Part shown: piece after piece, positions 19,819 through 29,176 of the stretch
Layout of the letters: every line of letters begins with the position of its first letter
Numbering within the stretch: position 1 is the first letter of the stretch
Virus record (IMG/VR): IMGVR_UViG_3300044977_000034
Coordinates: 1-64,000 of that record
DNA length: 64,000 nucleotides
Strand: one strand, 5' to 3'
Source: a virus
Notes under the pieces: model-generated
What the model was told of the DNA's origin: nothing
Seen by the model: only the letters and a program-made list of their open reading frames with translations
Database searches by the model: none
Position numbers and translations under genes: made by a program

Positions 19819-21150
19819 ATGAGTATTTCTGCGACTGATAAGCTACGCCTTTTGGACAACGTAGACCAGCCTCCCGGCCTCAACGTCGAGATCGTCGACA
19901 AATTCGAGGCCCTCCAACCCGGCAAGGCGACTCTGAACAAGGCCCAAACGGCCCTGTTCGGCTCGGCCTTCCTGCAAGGGCGCAGGCTGCAATTCACGAC
20001 CTCGATGCCGCTCGGCGATTACCTCAATGTCGTCAGCATGCACCGCGCCGCCAAGGGCGCGACCGTCGAGGAACTGCGGACCGCCTCCAACCGGACCAAG
20101 ATCGCCGCGCACGAAAAGGCGATTCGGGAATATCTGGCCGACACTGCGTTCGTCAGCGAGAAATTCATCTTCCCGAATTTCATGCTGAACTACGGCAGCG
20201 CGTGGGACGAGGGCATGCCCAAGGCCAAGCTGACCTTGCTGGCGACCGATCCGGAAACCCTGGCGTGGCCAGCGGTCTTTGAGACGGCGACCGGAACCAA
20301 GATGCCGGTCACCGACGGCGCGCACCGCACCGGAAGCCTGATCGAGCTGATCGCGAAGCATCAGAACAAGGCGGGCATCGGCGCGCTTCTCAGCAACTCA
20401 GTCGGGCTGACGATTGTCATGGAGGCATCGAAGGACGATGCCCACCAAGACTTCGCCGATTGCGGTCGCGCGAAGCCGATCGCGGACAGCGTTCTGGCGA
20501 CCTTCGACATGCGCAATCAGGTCGTCGCCTTCGCGCGCGATCTGGTGGGCTCAAGCCCGTTCTTGAGTCGGCATGTCGATGCGACGAGCGCCTCGGTCAA
20601 CCTGTCGAGCAACTCGACCAAGGTCTGGTCGATGTCGGCGGTGCGCGGCTATCTCATGGCGGCGATTCCCACGGACAAGCCGTTCCTCGACATGACGGCG
20701 GCCGAGCGCGCGGCGGTCTTGCACGAGCATAAGAAGCCGCTGGCGGAGTACATGCACGCGGTCGTCGAAGGCGTGCCGATCCTCACCGATCTGGCGTCGG
20801 AGAAGCCCGACCAGACGCCGGGGGCCTTGCGCAAGCAGCGCGGCGGCTGCGTTCTCATGCGCGGCGCCGGATTCGGCGTCCTCATGCGGGCCTACCGGCA
20901 CGGCCCCGGCAAGACCGGAACGGCGAACGGCGCGATCGCGGCGGCGGTCGAGAAGCTGGCGGCGGTCGACTGGTTTGTGTTCAAGCCTGGAGTCGGCCAG
21001 CAGCCGCTGATGGACGGAGACGCCTACGGCTGGCTCAAGGAGAACGTGCAGCCAGCTTGGTTTGAAATGATCGCGGTCGATCCCGGCAAAGGCTCGTATC
21101 GGCTCAAGGGGACGAACGCTATGATCGACGCCGCGTTCGCCGCCCTCTAA
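19819..21150 (+). CDS. DGQHR/DndB-like protein
   Basis: FIFPN, VTDGAHR, QDFAD...KPI..S....FD.R. Confidence 0.65.
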   Translation: MSISATDKLRLLDNVDQPPGLNVEIVDKFEALQPGKATLNKAQTALFGSAFLQGRRLQFTTSMPLGDYLNVVSMHRAAKGATVEELRTASNRTKIAAHEKAIREYLADTAFVSEKFIFPNFMLNYGSAWDEGMPKAKLTLLATDPETLAWPAVFETATGTKMPVTDGAHRTGSLIELIAKHQNKAGIGALLSNSVGLTIVMEASKDDAHQDFADCGRAKPIADSVLATFDMRNQVVAFARDLVGSSPFLSRHVDATSASVNLSSNSTKVWSMSAVRGYLMAAIPTDKPFLDMTAAERAAVLHEHKKPLAEYMHAVVEGVPILTDLASEKPDQTPGALRKQRGGCVLMRGAGFGVLMRAYRHGPGKTGTANGAIAAAVEKLAAVDWFVFKPGVGQQPLMDGDAYGWLKENVQPAWFEMIAVDPGKGSYRLKGTNAMIDAAFAAL

Positions 21151-21185
21151 CGGCAAGGGCGCGAGGGCAACCTCGCGCCCGCTCC

Positions 21186-22208
21186 ATGATCGTCCGCCTC
21201 ACCCATATCGACGGCAAACTGCCGAATCTGGCTTTGATGAAAATCGCCGCCGAGCATCGCCGCCGGGGCGATACCATCGTTTTCACCAAGGACGTTGAGC
21301 GCGGCATGTTCGAGGCCGCTTACGATCGCGTCTACGGTTCAGCCATCTTCGCCTACGACCACTCGCTCGCCCGCGTCGAGCGGTTCAAGGCCGCCTTCCC
21401 CGACGCCATCCTCGGCGGCACCCATAACCGAGCCAAGCCGATCACCGTCGAGGCGGTCCTCGGGATCAGCGAGACGGCGCCGGTCGACTATTCGATCTAC
21501 CCCAAGTTCGACGGCTCCATCGGCTTCACCCAGCGCGGCTGTCGGCTGAAATGCGGCTTCTGCGTCGTGCCGAAGAAAGAGGGCAAGAACCGCACGATCG
21601 CGACGATCTTCGATATCTGGCGCGGGCACGGCCATCCGAAGCATCTGCACCTCCTCGACAACGATTTCTTCGGCCAGCCGCGCGACCAGTGGGAGGCGCG
21701 AATCGATGAGATCCAGCGGGGCAACTTCATGGTCTGCCTCAACCAGGGCATCAATGTCCGGATGATCGACGACGTCTCGGCCGCCGCGCTCGCCTCAATC
21801 CATTATTGCGACGACAGCTTCACCCGGCGACGGCTCTACACCGCCTGGGACAGCCTGGGCGACGAGGAGCGGTTCTTCTCCGGCGTCAACACGCTGGAGA
21901 AGCACGGCGTGCCGCCGAGCAACCTTCTGGTCTACATGCTGGTCGGCTACGACAAGCGCGAGACCTGGGAGCGCGTCCTCTATCGCTTCGACAAAATGGT
22001 CGCGCGCGGCATCCGGCCCTATCCGATGATCTTCGGCGACCGGCGCCGCAAGCTGCCGCTGGGCGGCACCAACCAGCGGCTCGACGAACGCACGCTTTCC
22101 GAGTTCCAGCGCTGGGCCGTCGGCCGGTTCTACAACGTCTCTTCATTCGAGAACTACGACGCGAGCAAGCGCGGCCCGACCGCGACCGACCAGATGAGCC
22201 TGTTCTGA
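21186..22208 (+). CDS. Radical SAM protein
   Basis: RGCRLKCGFCVVP.KEG, LLDNDF, PNLALMKI. Confidence 0.85.
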   Translation: MIVRLTHIDGKLPNLALMKIAAEHRRRGDTIVFTKDVERGMFEAAYDRVYGSAIFAYDHSLARVERFKAAFPDAILGGTHNRAKPITVEAVLGISETAPVDYSIYPKFDGSIGFTQRGCRLKCGFCVVPKKEGKNRTIATIFDIWRGHGHPKHLHLLDNDFFGQPRDQWEARIDEIQRGNFMVCLNQGINVRMIDDVSAAALASIHYCDDSFTRRRLYTAWDSLGDEERFFSGVNTLEKHGVPPSNLLVYMLVGYDKRETWERVLYRFDKMVARGIRPYPMIFGDRRRKLPLGGTNQRLDERTLSEFQRWAVGRFYNVSSFENYDASKRGPTATDQMSLF

Positions 22209-22477
22209 TGCCTGGATTCTGGATGTTCGAGACGAGCGGCGTCCTGCGGCCCGCGATCGAGGCCTATCTGTTCACGCGCGGGCCGCTGACCGACAAACAG
22301 GTCGCGGCGATCAGAGTTTACCTTCGCCAGTGGATCGCCGGACCCTGGCACGCCGCCCCAGGCGCCGAGGCGCGCGTGCTCGAACGGCTGCGCAGCATGG
22401 TCGACCAGCTCGACGACCGGGCGAAGATCGACATCTGGCTGATGCAGGCGAACAGCATCGATATCGATCCGCTCTAG
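22208..22477 (+). CDS. Hypothetical protein
   Basis: TGATG coupling; MPGFWMFETSGVL. Confidence 0.6.
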   Translation: MPGFWMFETSGVLRPAIEAYLFTRGPLTDKQVAAIRVYLRQWIAGPWHAAPGAEARVLERLRSMVDQLDDRAKIDIWLMQANSIDIDPL

Positions 22478-22953
22478 CCGCCAAGCTTGACGAATTTCAC
22501 CAGATCCAGCGGGCACGCGAAATTGCTCTCGACGTTGCCGGTATTACTGACCGGGCACGTTCTGATGTACCACTCGTCCGAGGTGCGCTCCTCCACGATC
22601 GCGGCTGCGCCCAGGTCGTCGCTCACGCTCACCCAGGCGAAGACGTCACCGATCGCGCGCCGAACCGAATCCACGCTGGCGACGAAGACCTCGCGGTAGG
22701 GCCAATCCCTCCGGCCGGTGAAGGTCACCCCGAGCGTCTTGACCTCGATTCGGAGCCTCGGGCCGCCCTCTTCCCAGGCGAACACGTCGCCGTTGTCGCG
22801 GTAGTTCCTGTGCTCAGCCGCCGTCGGCGCCTCTCGGAGCGGCGGAATCGTGACCCAGTAGCCTTGCGAACTGAGCCAATAGGCGAAGGCCCACTGCCCA
22901 CGCTTCGACCCGCGCAATCGGTCGAGGAATTTCGCATGTTGGCTGGTGCCCAA
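22474..22953 (-). CDS. Putative PD-(D/E)XK nuclease
   Basis: D.GD...RIEVK; start codon uncertain, lies within the tRNA. Confidence 0.55.
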   Translation of the reverse strand: MGTSQHAKFLDRLRGSKRGQWAFAYWLSSQGYWVTIPPLREAPTAAEHRNYRDNGDVFAWEEGGPRLRIEVKTLGVTFTGRRDWPYREVFVASVDSVRRAIGDVFAWVSVSDDLGAAAIVEERTSDEWYIRTCPVSNTGNVESNFACPLDLVKFVKLGG

Positions 22954-23019
22954 GGAAGGGATCGAACCTCCGACGCCCGCGCCTTCAACGCGGCGCTCTA
23001 CCAGCTGAGCTACCTGGGC
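22944..23019 (-). tRNA. tRNA-Phe(GAA) with encoded CCA
   Basis: Cloverleaf: GCCCAGG/CTTGGGC acceptor stem, TAGCTCAGCTGGTAGAGC D-arm, CCGCG-TTGAAGG-CGCGG anticodon arm, GGTTCGATCCC T-arm. Confidence 0.92.
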
Positions 23020-23309
23020 ATCGCGGGAGCCTCCGGGGTTGTGGATGCAGACGTCGTCCCGGCCGAGCCGTCACTCGTATCTGCGCACGCCCCGGAGGCC
23101 CGTAGGCCCGCTTTCTCGAACTCCCAAATGATCCCCAGCCCACCATCCAGCTGATCGATCGCCCGACAGATCAAAACCCGCGACTCGACCGTCCGCCCCG
23201 ACGCCAGCTCGAACTGCGCGTGCTCGACCATCCGCACCGCAAAGCTGACGCGCAGATTCACCCGCTCGTTCAAAACTTGCAAGCGCCGCTTGGCCAGCCG
23301 GTCAATCAT
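23010..23309 (-). CDS. Hypothetical protein (stop codon inside the tRNA)
   Basis: GGAGG SD; MIDRLAKRR. Confidence 0.5.
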   Translation of the reverse strand: MIDRLAKRRLQVLNERVNLRVSFAVRMVEHAQFELASGRTVESRVLICRAIDQLDGGLGIIWEFEKAGLRASGACADTSDGSAGTTSASTTPEAPAMPR

Positions 23310-23514
23310 AGGCCTCCAGGCTGTCGATGAACGCGAGCACGCGCTCCTCGCCCAGGCACGTCCAGGCCCGGTCATGCATAGCATGGTATGCAAACGCCGC
23401 CTTGGCGTGATCGAGATCCGGCGACTCCTCCAGGCAGATCGGCCACAGGATCTCCATGTCGATCGCCCGCTGCCGCTTATGCCACCACGCCTGAATCAGC
23501 GCCCAGAGACCCAT
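23302..23514 (-). CDS. Hypothetical protein
   Basis: AAGGA SD. Confidence 0.55.
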   Translation of the reverse strand: MGLWALIQAWWHKRQRAIDMEILWPICLEESPDLDHAKAAFAYHAMHDRAWTCLGEERVLAFIDSLEAYD

Positions 23515-23681
23515 GTTCCTTTTTTGTCTCTCGATAGAGGCGGTATATCATTCGCCCGGTAGGGTGACGATAGCGTCCTCAAGACGTGTTCACCGATCCA
23601 CGCCAGAAGGTTCGGTCCGCCCACGCGCCTGTCGGATGGACTGAAGGGGCCGGTTCCGGCGCTGGAGCCGGTCCCACCCCC

Positions 23682-25340
23682 TCAGACCGGATACAGCGGC
23701 ATCGGCGGCATCGGGCTCTGCATCAGCTCCGCGTATTCCTCCATCTGAACCTCGGTGCTCTTCTTCAGCATCCCCCGATCGCGGAAAAACTTCAGCCCTT
23801 GGGTGACAGCGTCAACAATGTCGTCGTGCTTGCCCTTCGGGAAGCTCGCCATCTGCGACATCGCCAGCTCCGCCCAGTCCCGAGGCCAAATCGCCCCATG
23901 GCTCTGAGTCTGCGCCGGAACCCAAACCACGCCCTTCCGCACCGAGCCGTCGGCCTGCTCCTCGCCCCACAGGTGACTCAGCGCATGCGCCCGCGAGGTC
24001 TTGTCCATGTTGCCCGGATCGATCCGCTGAACCGCGAACTCCTCGTCCCGCGTCAGCCGCGTCACCTCCTGGGCGACCGAGATCCCGCTCCCCTTCAGCT
24101 CGATGAGCAAGCGATCGACCTTGAGCTTGCGGCAGCTCTTGATCACCTCCTCGACCAGATCGTTCAGCGGCAGCCGCTTCTGCCAGCACGCCATCAAAAT
24201 CACTTGCTGGACGCCCTTGTGGTTCGTCCAAACCCCGAGCACGACGAACGCCGAATAGTCGTTCTCCTGCTTCTCGCCGTAAGCCGAATCCAGCGAGCCC
24301 ACGATCATGTCCAGATCCGGAAATTGGCTCTCGTTGCGCCCATAGGTCACTGCGACGCTGCGCGACCATAGCTCCCAACCATTGTACGGAAAAATCCCGC
24401 CGCCACGCGGCGCAGGCCTTTGCTGGTACTGACCATTCCAGGCCCATTTGTCCATGTCGCGCTTGAGGTTCTCGACCTCCGGCCGAGCCCACCGCGCCGG
24501 AAACAACAGCTCCCCCTCCGAGCGCCGCCAGTCGCTGAAGCCGATCGACGTCTCGCAGTGCCGACCGCTCTCGTATTCCATCGGCAAAACCAGCTGAACG
24601 TAATCCGGCATGTGCTCCTGAATGACCCCCGAAATATCCGCCTCGTGCAGCCGCTGCATCACCACAACGATCGCTGATTTCGCCTGATCGTTGAGCCGAT
24701 TCACCGCGCTTTCTCTAAATCTACGTGTTGCCTTTTCTCGGTCGTTCTGGCTCTCTGCTTTCTCTACACTGTGAGGATCATCAAGTATAAGACGATCTCC
24801 TCTTCGGCTCGTAAGACTAGAGAAAGCAACACCATCCCTTGTCCCAGTAAGAGTGTTCTCAAAACTAAGTTCGCCGCCTCTGGTTAACTCAACGTGCGGC
24901 CAATGTCTTTGATACCAGTCGCTCGTTACTAGCAACCGCATCTTCCGAACGTCCCGAACGCACGCGCTCTCCGCAAATGAACTCGAAATATACCGATAGC
25001 TCGTCAGACCCTTCGGTCCCCATTCCCACGCGGGCCACATCACCGACACGAGCAAACTCTTCGCGCTCCCTGGCGGGACATTGATCAGCAGCCGTGTGAT
25101 CAGCCCAGCGGTCACCGATTCGAGGTGCTCGCAGATAGCCTCCACCAACATTCCACGTACAAACGGCATCCTCGGTTCGAGGATCGGCCACGCCTCCTCT
25201 ACAAACCCAACCAAGCTATCTCGGCACTTCTCCCTCACCGACGACATCGACTCCGTCGCCGCCATCGACGAGATCCCCAGCTCCCGCCGCATCAACTCGC
25301 TGACCACCGCCTCGTGACTGGGTAGATTCGACCTGGGCAT
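23682..25340 (-). CDS. terL: Terminase large subunit
   Basis: INVPPGSAKS, LILDDPH, MQRLH, YQQRP, FPKGKHDDIVDA. Confidence 0.93.
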   Translation of the reverse strand: MPRSNLPSHEAVVSELMRRELGISSMAATESMSSVREKCRDSLVGFVEEAWPILEPRMPFVRGMLVEAICEHLESVTAGLITRLLINVPPGSAKSLLVSVMWPAWEWGPKGLTSYRYISSSFAESACVRDVRKMRLLVTSDWYQRHWPHVELTRGGELSFENTLTGTRDGVAFSSLTSRRGDRLILDDPHSVEKAESQNDREKATRRFRESAVNRLNDQAKSAIVVVMQRLHEADISGVIQEHMPDYVQLVLPMEYESGRHCETSIGFSDWRRSEGELLFPARWARPEVENLKRDMDKWAWNGQYQQRPAPRGGGIFPYNGWELWSRSVAVTYGRNESQFPDLDMIVGSLDSAYGEKQENDYSAFVVLGVWTNHKGVQQVILMACWQKRLPLNDLVEEVIKSCRKLKVDRLLIELKGSGISVAQEVTRLTRDEEFAVQRIDPGNMDKTSRAHALSHLWGEEQADGSVRKGVVWVPAQTQSHGAIWPRDWAELAMSQMASFPKGKHDDIVDAVTQGLKFFRDRGMLKKSTEVQMEEYAELMQSPMPPMPLYPV

Positions 25341-25797
25341 CTATCAAAACCGGATTCCGCGCCAAAGGCCGCAACGCCTTCTCCAGCTCAATCAATTGCG
25401 GCACGCTCAACCTTGTCAAATCCGGCCCGCGCTCCTCGTCCGCCTTCGGCGGCGCCCAGATCGGTCCGCCCCTCCGCTCCAGCCAAAACTTGTTCATGCT
25501 CGCGTCCGCCTGACGCCAGTTCTTCTCCGGCCCTCCCGTCGCCATCAAATACGCCGCCTGCGCGACCTCGTTCGTCCGCTTCGCTCCCCCCTTCATCATG
25601 AAGTCCTTGTACTTCCGGTACAGCCGCTCCGCGCTCAACCCCGTCAGCAGCGAGATCTCTTGAGGCGTCAGACCGTTCGCCGACATCTGCTCAACGCTCG
25701 CCTCCATCTCCTTCGCCTGCTTCTCTCGCTCCGCAAGCTCCTCCGTGCTCAGCGCCCGCGATCGCCGCGCCCTCGGCTTGCCCGCTTCTGCCATCAC
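25216..25797 (-). CDS. terS: Terminase small subunit
   Basis: HTH-like N-terminus, A.GG...A..KFWLERR; directly upstream of terL. Confidence 0.7.
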   Translation of the reverse strand: MMAEAGKPRARRSRALSTEELAEREKQAKEMEASVEQMSANGLTPQEISLLTGLSAERLYRKYKDFMMKGGAKRTNEVAQAAYLMATGGPEKNWRQADASMNKFWLERRGGPIWAPPKADEERGPDLTRLSVPQLIELEKALRPLARNPVLIDAQVESTQSRGGGQRVDAAGAGDLVDGGDGVDVVGEGEVPR

Positions 25798-26315
25798 TCG
25801 CCCTCATCATCCGCCTGGGGAGACCGAACACTGCGCAATTGCTGAACCGCAACCGGCAAACTCGACCCCCCATCTCCAGCCAACCGTACTTGGCTCGCCG
25901 GTAGCGAAATCCGCCGCATCGGACGCAAAACCGGCACAAAAATCACAGTGTCAAACCCCAAATGATAGAGCGCCAAAAGATCAACCTCATCCGACGTCAG
26001 CAACCTGTTCACATATCTCCCGCCACCAATCGACCGCTGCTTCGCAAGCTCCCAAGTACACCGCTCCTTCAGCCCACCTTGATGGTAGTCACTCGTCGAC
26101 TTCACATCCACACGATAAGACCGCCCCTCATAATCCAAAATAATGTCAAACCCTATCGTGTCTACATGCACACAGTAATGCCCCATCTTCGTCAAAAAAG
26201 CGCAAACCATAAACTCAGCATATCGCGGAAGTCGAGGAAACTTCTCAGCCTCAACTTCAGCAGAACTCGAAACGTCTACAATATTGCCAAATAAATCCTT
26301 CACTTCTCCCATCAC
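25794..26315 (-). CDS. PD-(D/E)XK free-standing endonuclease
   Basis: AEF.V...L, FDIILD...YRVDVKS; lower GC than its neighbours. Confidence 0.7.
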   Translation of the reverse strand: MMGEVKDLFGNIVDVSSSAEVEAEKFPRLPRYAEFMVCAFLTKMGHYCVHVDTIGFDIILDYEGRSYRVDVKSTSDYHQGGLKERCTWELAKQRSIGGGRYVNRLLTSDEVDLLALYHLGFDTVIFVPVLRPMRRISLPASQVRLAGDGGSSLPVAVQQLRSVRSPQADDEGE

Positions 26316-26631
26316 ACATCTCCATTACGCTAATACTACACGGGGCAACCCATATTTTTGCCTCGTGGTTATAGGCTTAAAACTTTCCGACCAGCACTCC
26401 CCCCCCACCCTCCTGGCACCATTACGGCACCCTATCGGCACCGTTGCGGCACTGAATACGCCCCTGGCAGTGGTGCAGAACGCCATGCGTTCTACGCCTG
26501 TCTCACAATCCGAAGATAGCGAGCGCGCAACGCCTGGAGATGCCCGCAATTGCTGGGCTTTCCGGGCCATGCGGTTGACCGGAGGCGGCGCTGCGCGGAA
26601 ACCAGTTGACCGAGCGCGAAACCGGGCCGCA

Positions 26632-27045
26632 GGGACGCCCGACGCGCGCCGCGCGACAATCAATCTTCGCATCCGGAGGAGGGAACCGGCGGGGAAGTGA
26701 TCGAATCGTCGATCGCTGGCCGCTGCCCTCATGAACGTGAATGCAGGCTTTAGCGGCGGGACGAAGAAAGGGTTTGCCCAACGGGACGCGCAGCGCCCTT
26801 TCTTTGTCCCGGCGTGGGGACATTAGCGGGACAAAGGGCATCATTATTGACGTTTTCTCGCGGCGGAGCGCTAATGTTTGAACGCCTGGGGCCTGGGCGC
26901 TGCGGGACCTCGCTTAAACCGGGCGCTAGTCGCGCCCGCGCTCCGTCCCTTGGCCGCTATGGGCTGGTGGAATGTGGCGGGGGGAGGGGGGATAGGGGGG
27001 AACCGTCACAATACTTGTCAAGAGGGACATGGCGGATAGCGGGAC
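26632..27045. repeat. GGGAC/GTCCC cluster 1
   Basis: 10 copies in about 415 bp of apparently non-coding DNA. Confidence 0.6.
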
Positions 27046-27150
27046 GGAATTGAAAATTTAATGTTTGAGGTGGGGCAAGCCACTGATTTGACTACCTCGC
27101 ATTTTATGCAAGATTGGCCTTCAGACGCTCACAGAAGGCCGCTGGCGAGC

Positions 27151-27525
27151 ATGGCGAACAATCCGGCGCTGATTCCTGCCCAATCAATCGACGAGGTTTT
27201 GAGGCCTCGTGGATGGCTCCAATTGCGGCTGCAAAGCCACAAGTCTGGGGTATGGTTTGGCTGGTCTCTGCGCCAGCGGCGCAACTGGTGGCGCGTGAGC
27301 GGCTGGGCCGACAAGTCCGAGTCGATCGTCATCGGCCATGTTGACTTTGACGCGCGCGTGTTCCGGCCGGTTCCGGGTCGAGGCGGCTTGCCTCAAACGG
27401 TGATGTTTGGATGGCTCTTGCGCCGTCTCGCGTCTGGCGAGCTACCGCTGGCTGACGCTGACCTGTACGCGCTGACGCTGAACGTCGAGACACTCCAAAC
27501 CCGTCAACGGCGCCTTCGCCGATGA
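27151..27525 (+). CDS. Hypothetical protein
   Basis: ATGA-coupled to the next ORF; start uncertain. Confidence 0.4.
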   Translation: MANNPALIPAQSIDEVLRPRGWLQLRLQSHKSGVWFGWSLRQRRNWWRVSGWADKSESIVIGHVDFDARVFRPVPGRGGLPQTVMFGWLLRRLASGELPLADADLYALTLNVETLQTRQRRLRR

Positions 27526-27704
27526 TCGATCGCGACGAGGCGTGCGACCGCCTGGAGGATGAGAACCTCACCGACTGGGAGGCGGACTTTGTCGCCTCGA
27601 TTCGCGACTGGCACGGTTCGCTGACTGACGCGCAGGCTGAGACGCTGGCGCGTTTGGTCAAGCGGCGGCTGGGCGAGGACTGTGACCCGACAGACTTTCA
27701 ATGA
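27522..27704 (+). CDS. Hypothetical protein
   Basis: LTDWE.DFV.S...LT..Q...L. Confidence 0.6.
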   Translation: MIDRDEACDRLEDENLTDWEADFVASIRDWHGSLTDAQAETLARLVKRRLGEDCDPTDFQ

Positions 27705-27718
27705 GGAGGAACCGAGCC

Positions 27719-27877
27719 ATGGCGAGAGACAAGTATGAGCAACACGCCCGGATCGTGATCGATCAATTGTTCCCGCAATGGCCGGACGAGGCGCGCGCGT
27801 CTCTGGTCTGGCTACTGGTTGATTTTCTCCTGAGTCTGGACGGCATCTGCGCCAAGATGCCTGAAGGGCCGCAATGA
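27719..27877 (+). CDS. Hypothetical 52-aa protein
   Basis: GAGGAGG SD; MARDKYEQHAR. Confidence 0.5.
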   Translation: MARDKYEQHARIVIDQLFPQWPDEARASLVWLLVDFLLSLDGICAKMPEGPQ

Positions 27878-28158
27878 CTTAGGCGGCAAATTTCTGAAAA
27901 GCACCTCGAGATCGGTAAACCGGGAAAACTCCTAGATCGCTGTTAACATCGCCAGTTATCAGAACATCATCTTTCGGCTTTGCCGACTTTTTCTGCAAAC
28001 CTGACTTTCCCGTAGCTTAGGGTAAATTCGGCGTATTTGGCCGCTGATGGGCCTTGCCGGAATCTCCGGGCTTGCACGGCGTGCAAAAATGGACCCCGCT
28101 CACGGGCGATCTATGGCCGTTTAATCGCCTATCGTCTTTTGTGGCTTGAGAGGCGTTT

Positions 28159-28386
28159 GTCCCTGGCTTGTCCCGTCTCAGTCCCGCCTGTTTAAGCGTG
28201 TCCGAGCCGAATCGACGCGCGGGACACGCGCGGGACATTGTGCAAGCATTCCGCCCGGAATTGCTCAGGTCGAGAGGGACAAGCGCGGGACGCAACCAGC
28301 CCTATGTATATAAAGCGTGCAAAAAGCGTCGTGATGGCGACGAAAACCTCTTGACCGCGCGTCCCGCAACGATCATATAGAGGGAC
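28159..28386. repeat. GGGAC/GTCCC cluster 2, 11-bp phased
   Basis: 9 copies in about 230 bp. Confidence 0.65.
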
Positions 28387-28427
28387 ATGCGCGCCGCCTA
28401 CGGCGCCCCAAAAGAGGAGTCGAGATC
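28351..28427 (+). promoter_or_regulatory. Early promoter plus GCCTA-loop hairpin and GGAGTCGA leader
   Basis: TTGACC-17-CATATA; GCGCCG-CCTA-CGGCGC. Confidence 0.7.
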
Positions 28428-28664
28428 ATGTCCCGTTTTGAAATGAAGGTGAACGATACCGCCGATTGGGCCGAGCACGATTGGCTCGTTTTCGAGGACG
28501 GCGTGATGGTTCATGGGTTCGCTGGGTCCAATGCGGCCGAGCGTTTCATCGCCCGTCGTCAGGCTGCGATCGCGATCGACAAAGAGATTGCTCGCGCTCG
28601 CCGGACGTCTCGCGTGTCGAACGCCGAGGCGCGCCGCATCCACGCTCTTTTGCGGAGGCGCTGA
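28428..28664 (+). CDS. Hypothetical early protein
   Basis: GGAGTCGA leader. Confidence 0.7.
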   Translation: MSRFEMKVNDTADWAEHDWLVFEDGVMVHGFAGSNAAERFIARRQAAIAIDKEIARARRTSRVSNAEARRIHALLRRR

Positions 28665-28666
28665 CA

Positions 28667-28730
28667 AGGCGAAACGCGATCGGCTATTGGCCGATCGCGT
28701 CCTGGCGTGAGGCGCCAGCTGACGAGCCTA
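28667..28730 (+). ncRNA. Type II hammerhead ribozyme HH1 (predicted cut after C28701)
   Basis: AGGC-GAAA-CGCGATCGGC/GCCGATCGCG-TC-CTGGCG/CGCCAG-CTGACGA-GCCT. Confidence 0.92.
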
Positions 28731-28759
28731 CCGTCTGCCATCCAACCGGAGTCGAATCC

Positions 28760-29176
28760 ATGTCACGCGAATCTGATCTGCGCCCGTTCTCGTTTGATGA
28801 TCTGCCTTGCCGCGACGGCAAGCGCGTCGAGCCCGAAAAATGGGGACCGAAATATTCCCGGCCGGTGAAACCCGGCAAGCCGGTCGATCGCTGCCCCACC
28901 AATTGCGCGAGCGGGCAGAAGTATGACTTCGACGCGGGGAAACACCGGGCGAAGATCCGGGCGGAGTTCGTCGCCCAGGCTAACGCCGATCGGCGGTCCT
29001 GGGCGGAGGGCAAGCCGCGCGCGAAGGCCTGGGGCCTCACCGAGACGATTGTCGACGTCTACAAGGCGGCCATGCGCGACAAGCGCAAGCGTGAGTTCGC
29101 CGCGCAGTCCGCAAAAAATGCCGAGTACCTACAATTTTTTCTCGACGACGACGCCCCGATCGCGAGGGCGGCATGA
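28760..29176 (+). CDS. Hypothetical early protein
   Basis: GGAGTCGAA leader before ATG 28760. Confidence 0.65.
   Translation: MSRESDLRPFSFDDLPCRDGKRVEPEKWGPKYSRPVKPGKPVDRCPTNCASGQKYDFDAGKHRAKIRAEFVAQANADRRSWAEGKPRAKAWGLTETIVDVYKAAMRDKRKREFAAQSAKNAEYLQFFLDDDAPIARAA

Noticed and set aside
19064-23019. Serine recombinase as an integrase with the tRNA as attP
   Set aside because: At 215 aa it lacks large-integrase domains; the tRNA is complete and no duplicated att core or host genes were seen
25247-25254. GGAGTCGA on the minus strand inside terL
   Set aside because: Coding context, no SD-to-start spacing and no GCCTA; probably chance
26325-27053. ORFs in the gap between terS and the early region
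   Set aside because: No SD or motifs and low complexity; better explained as regulatory or packaging DNA
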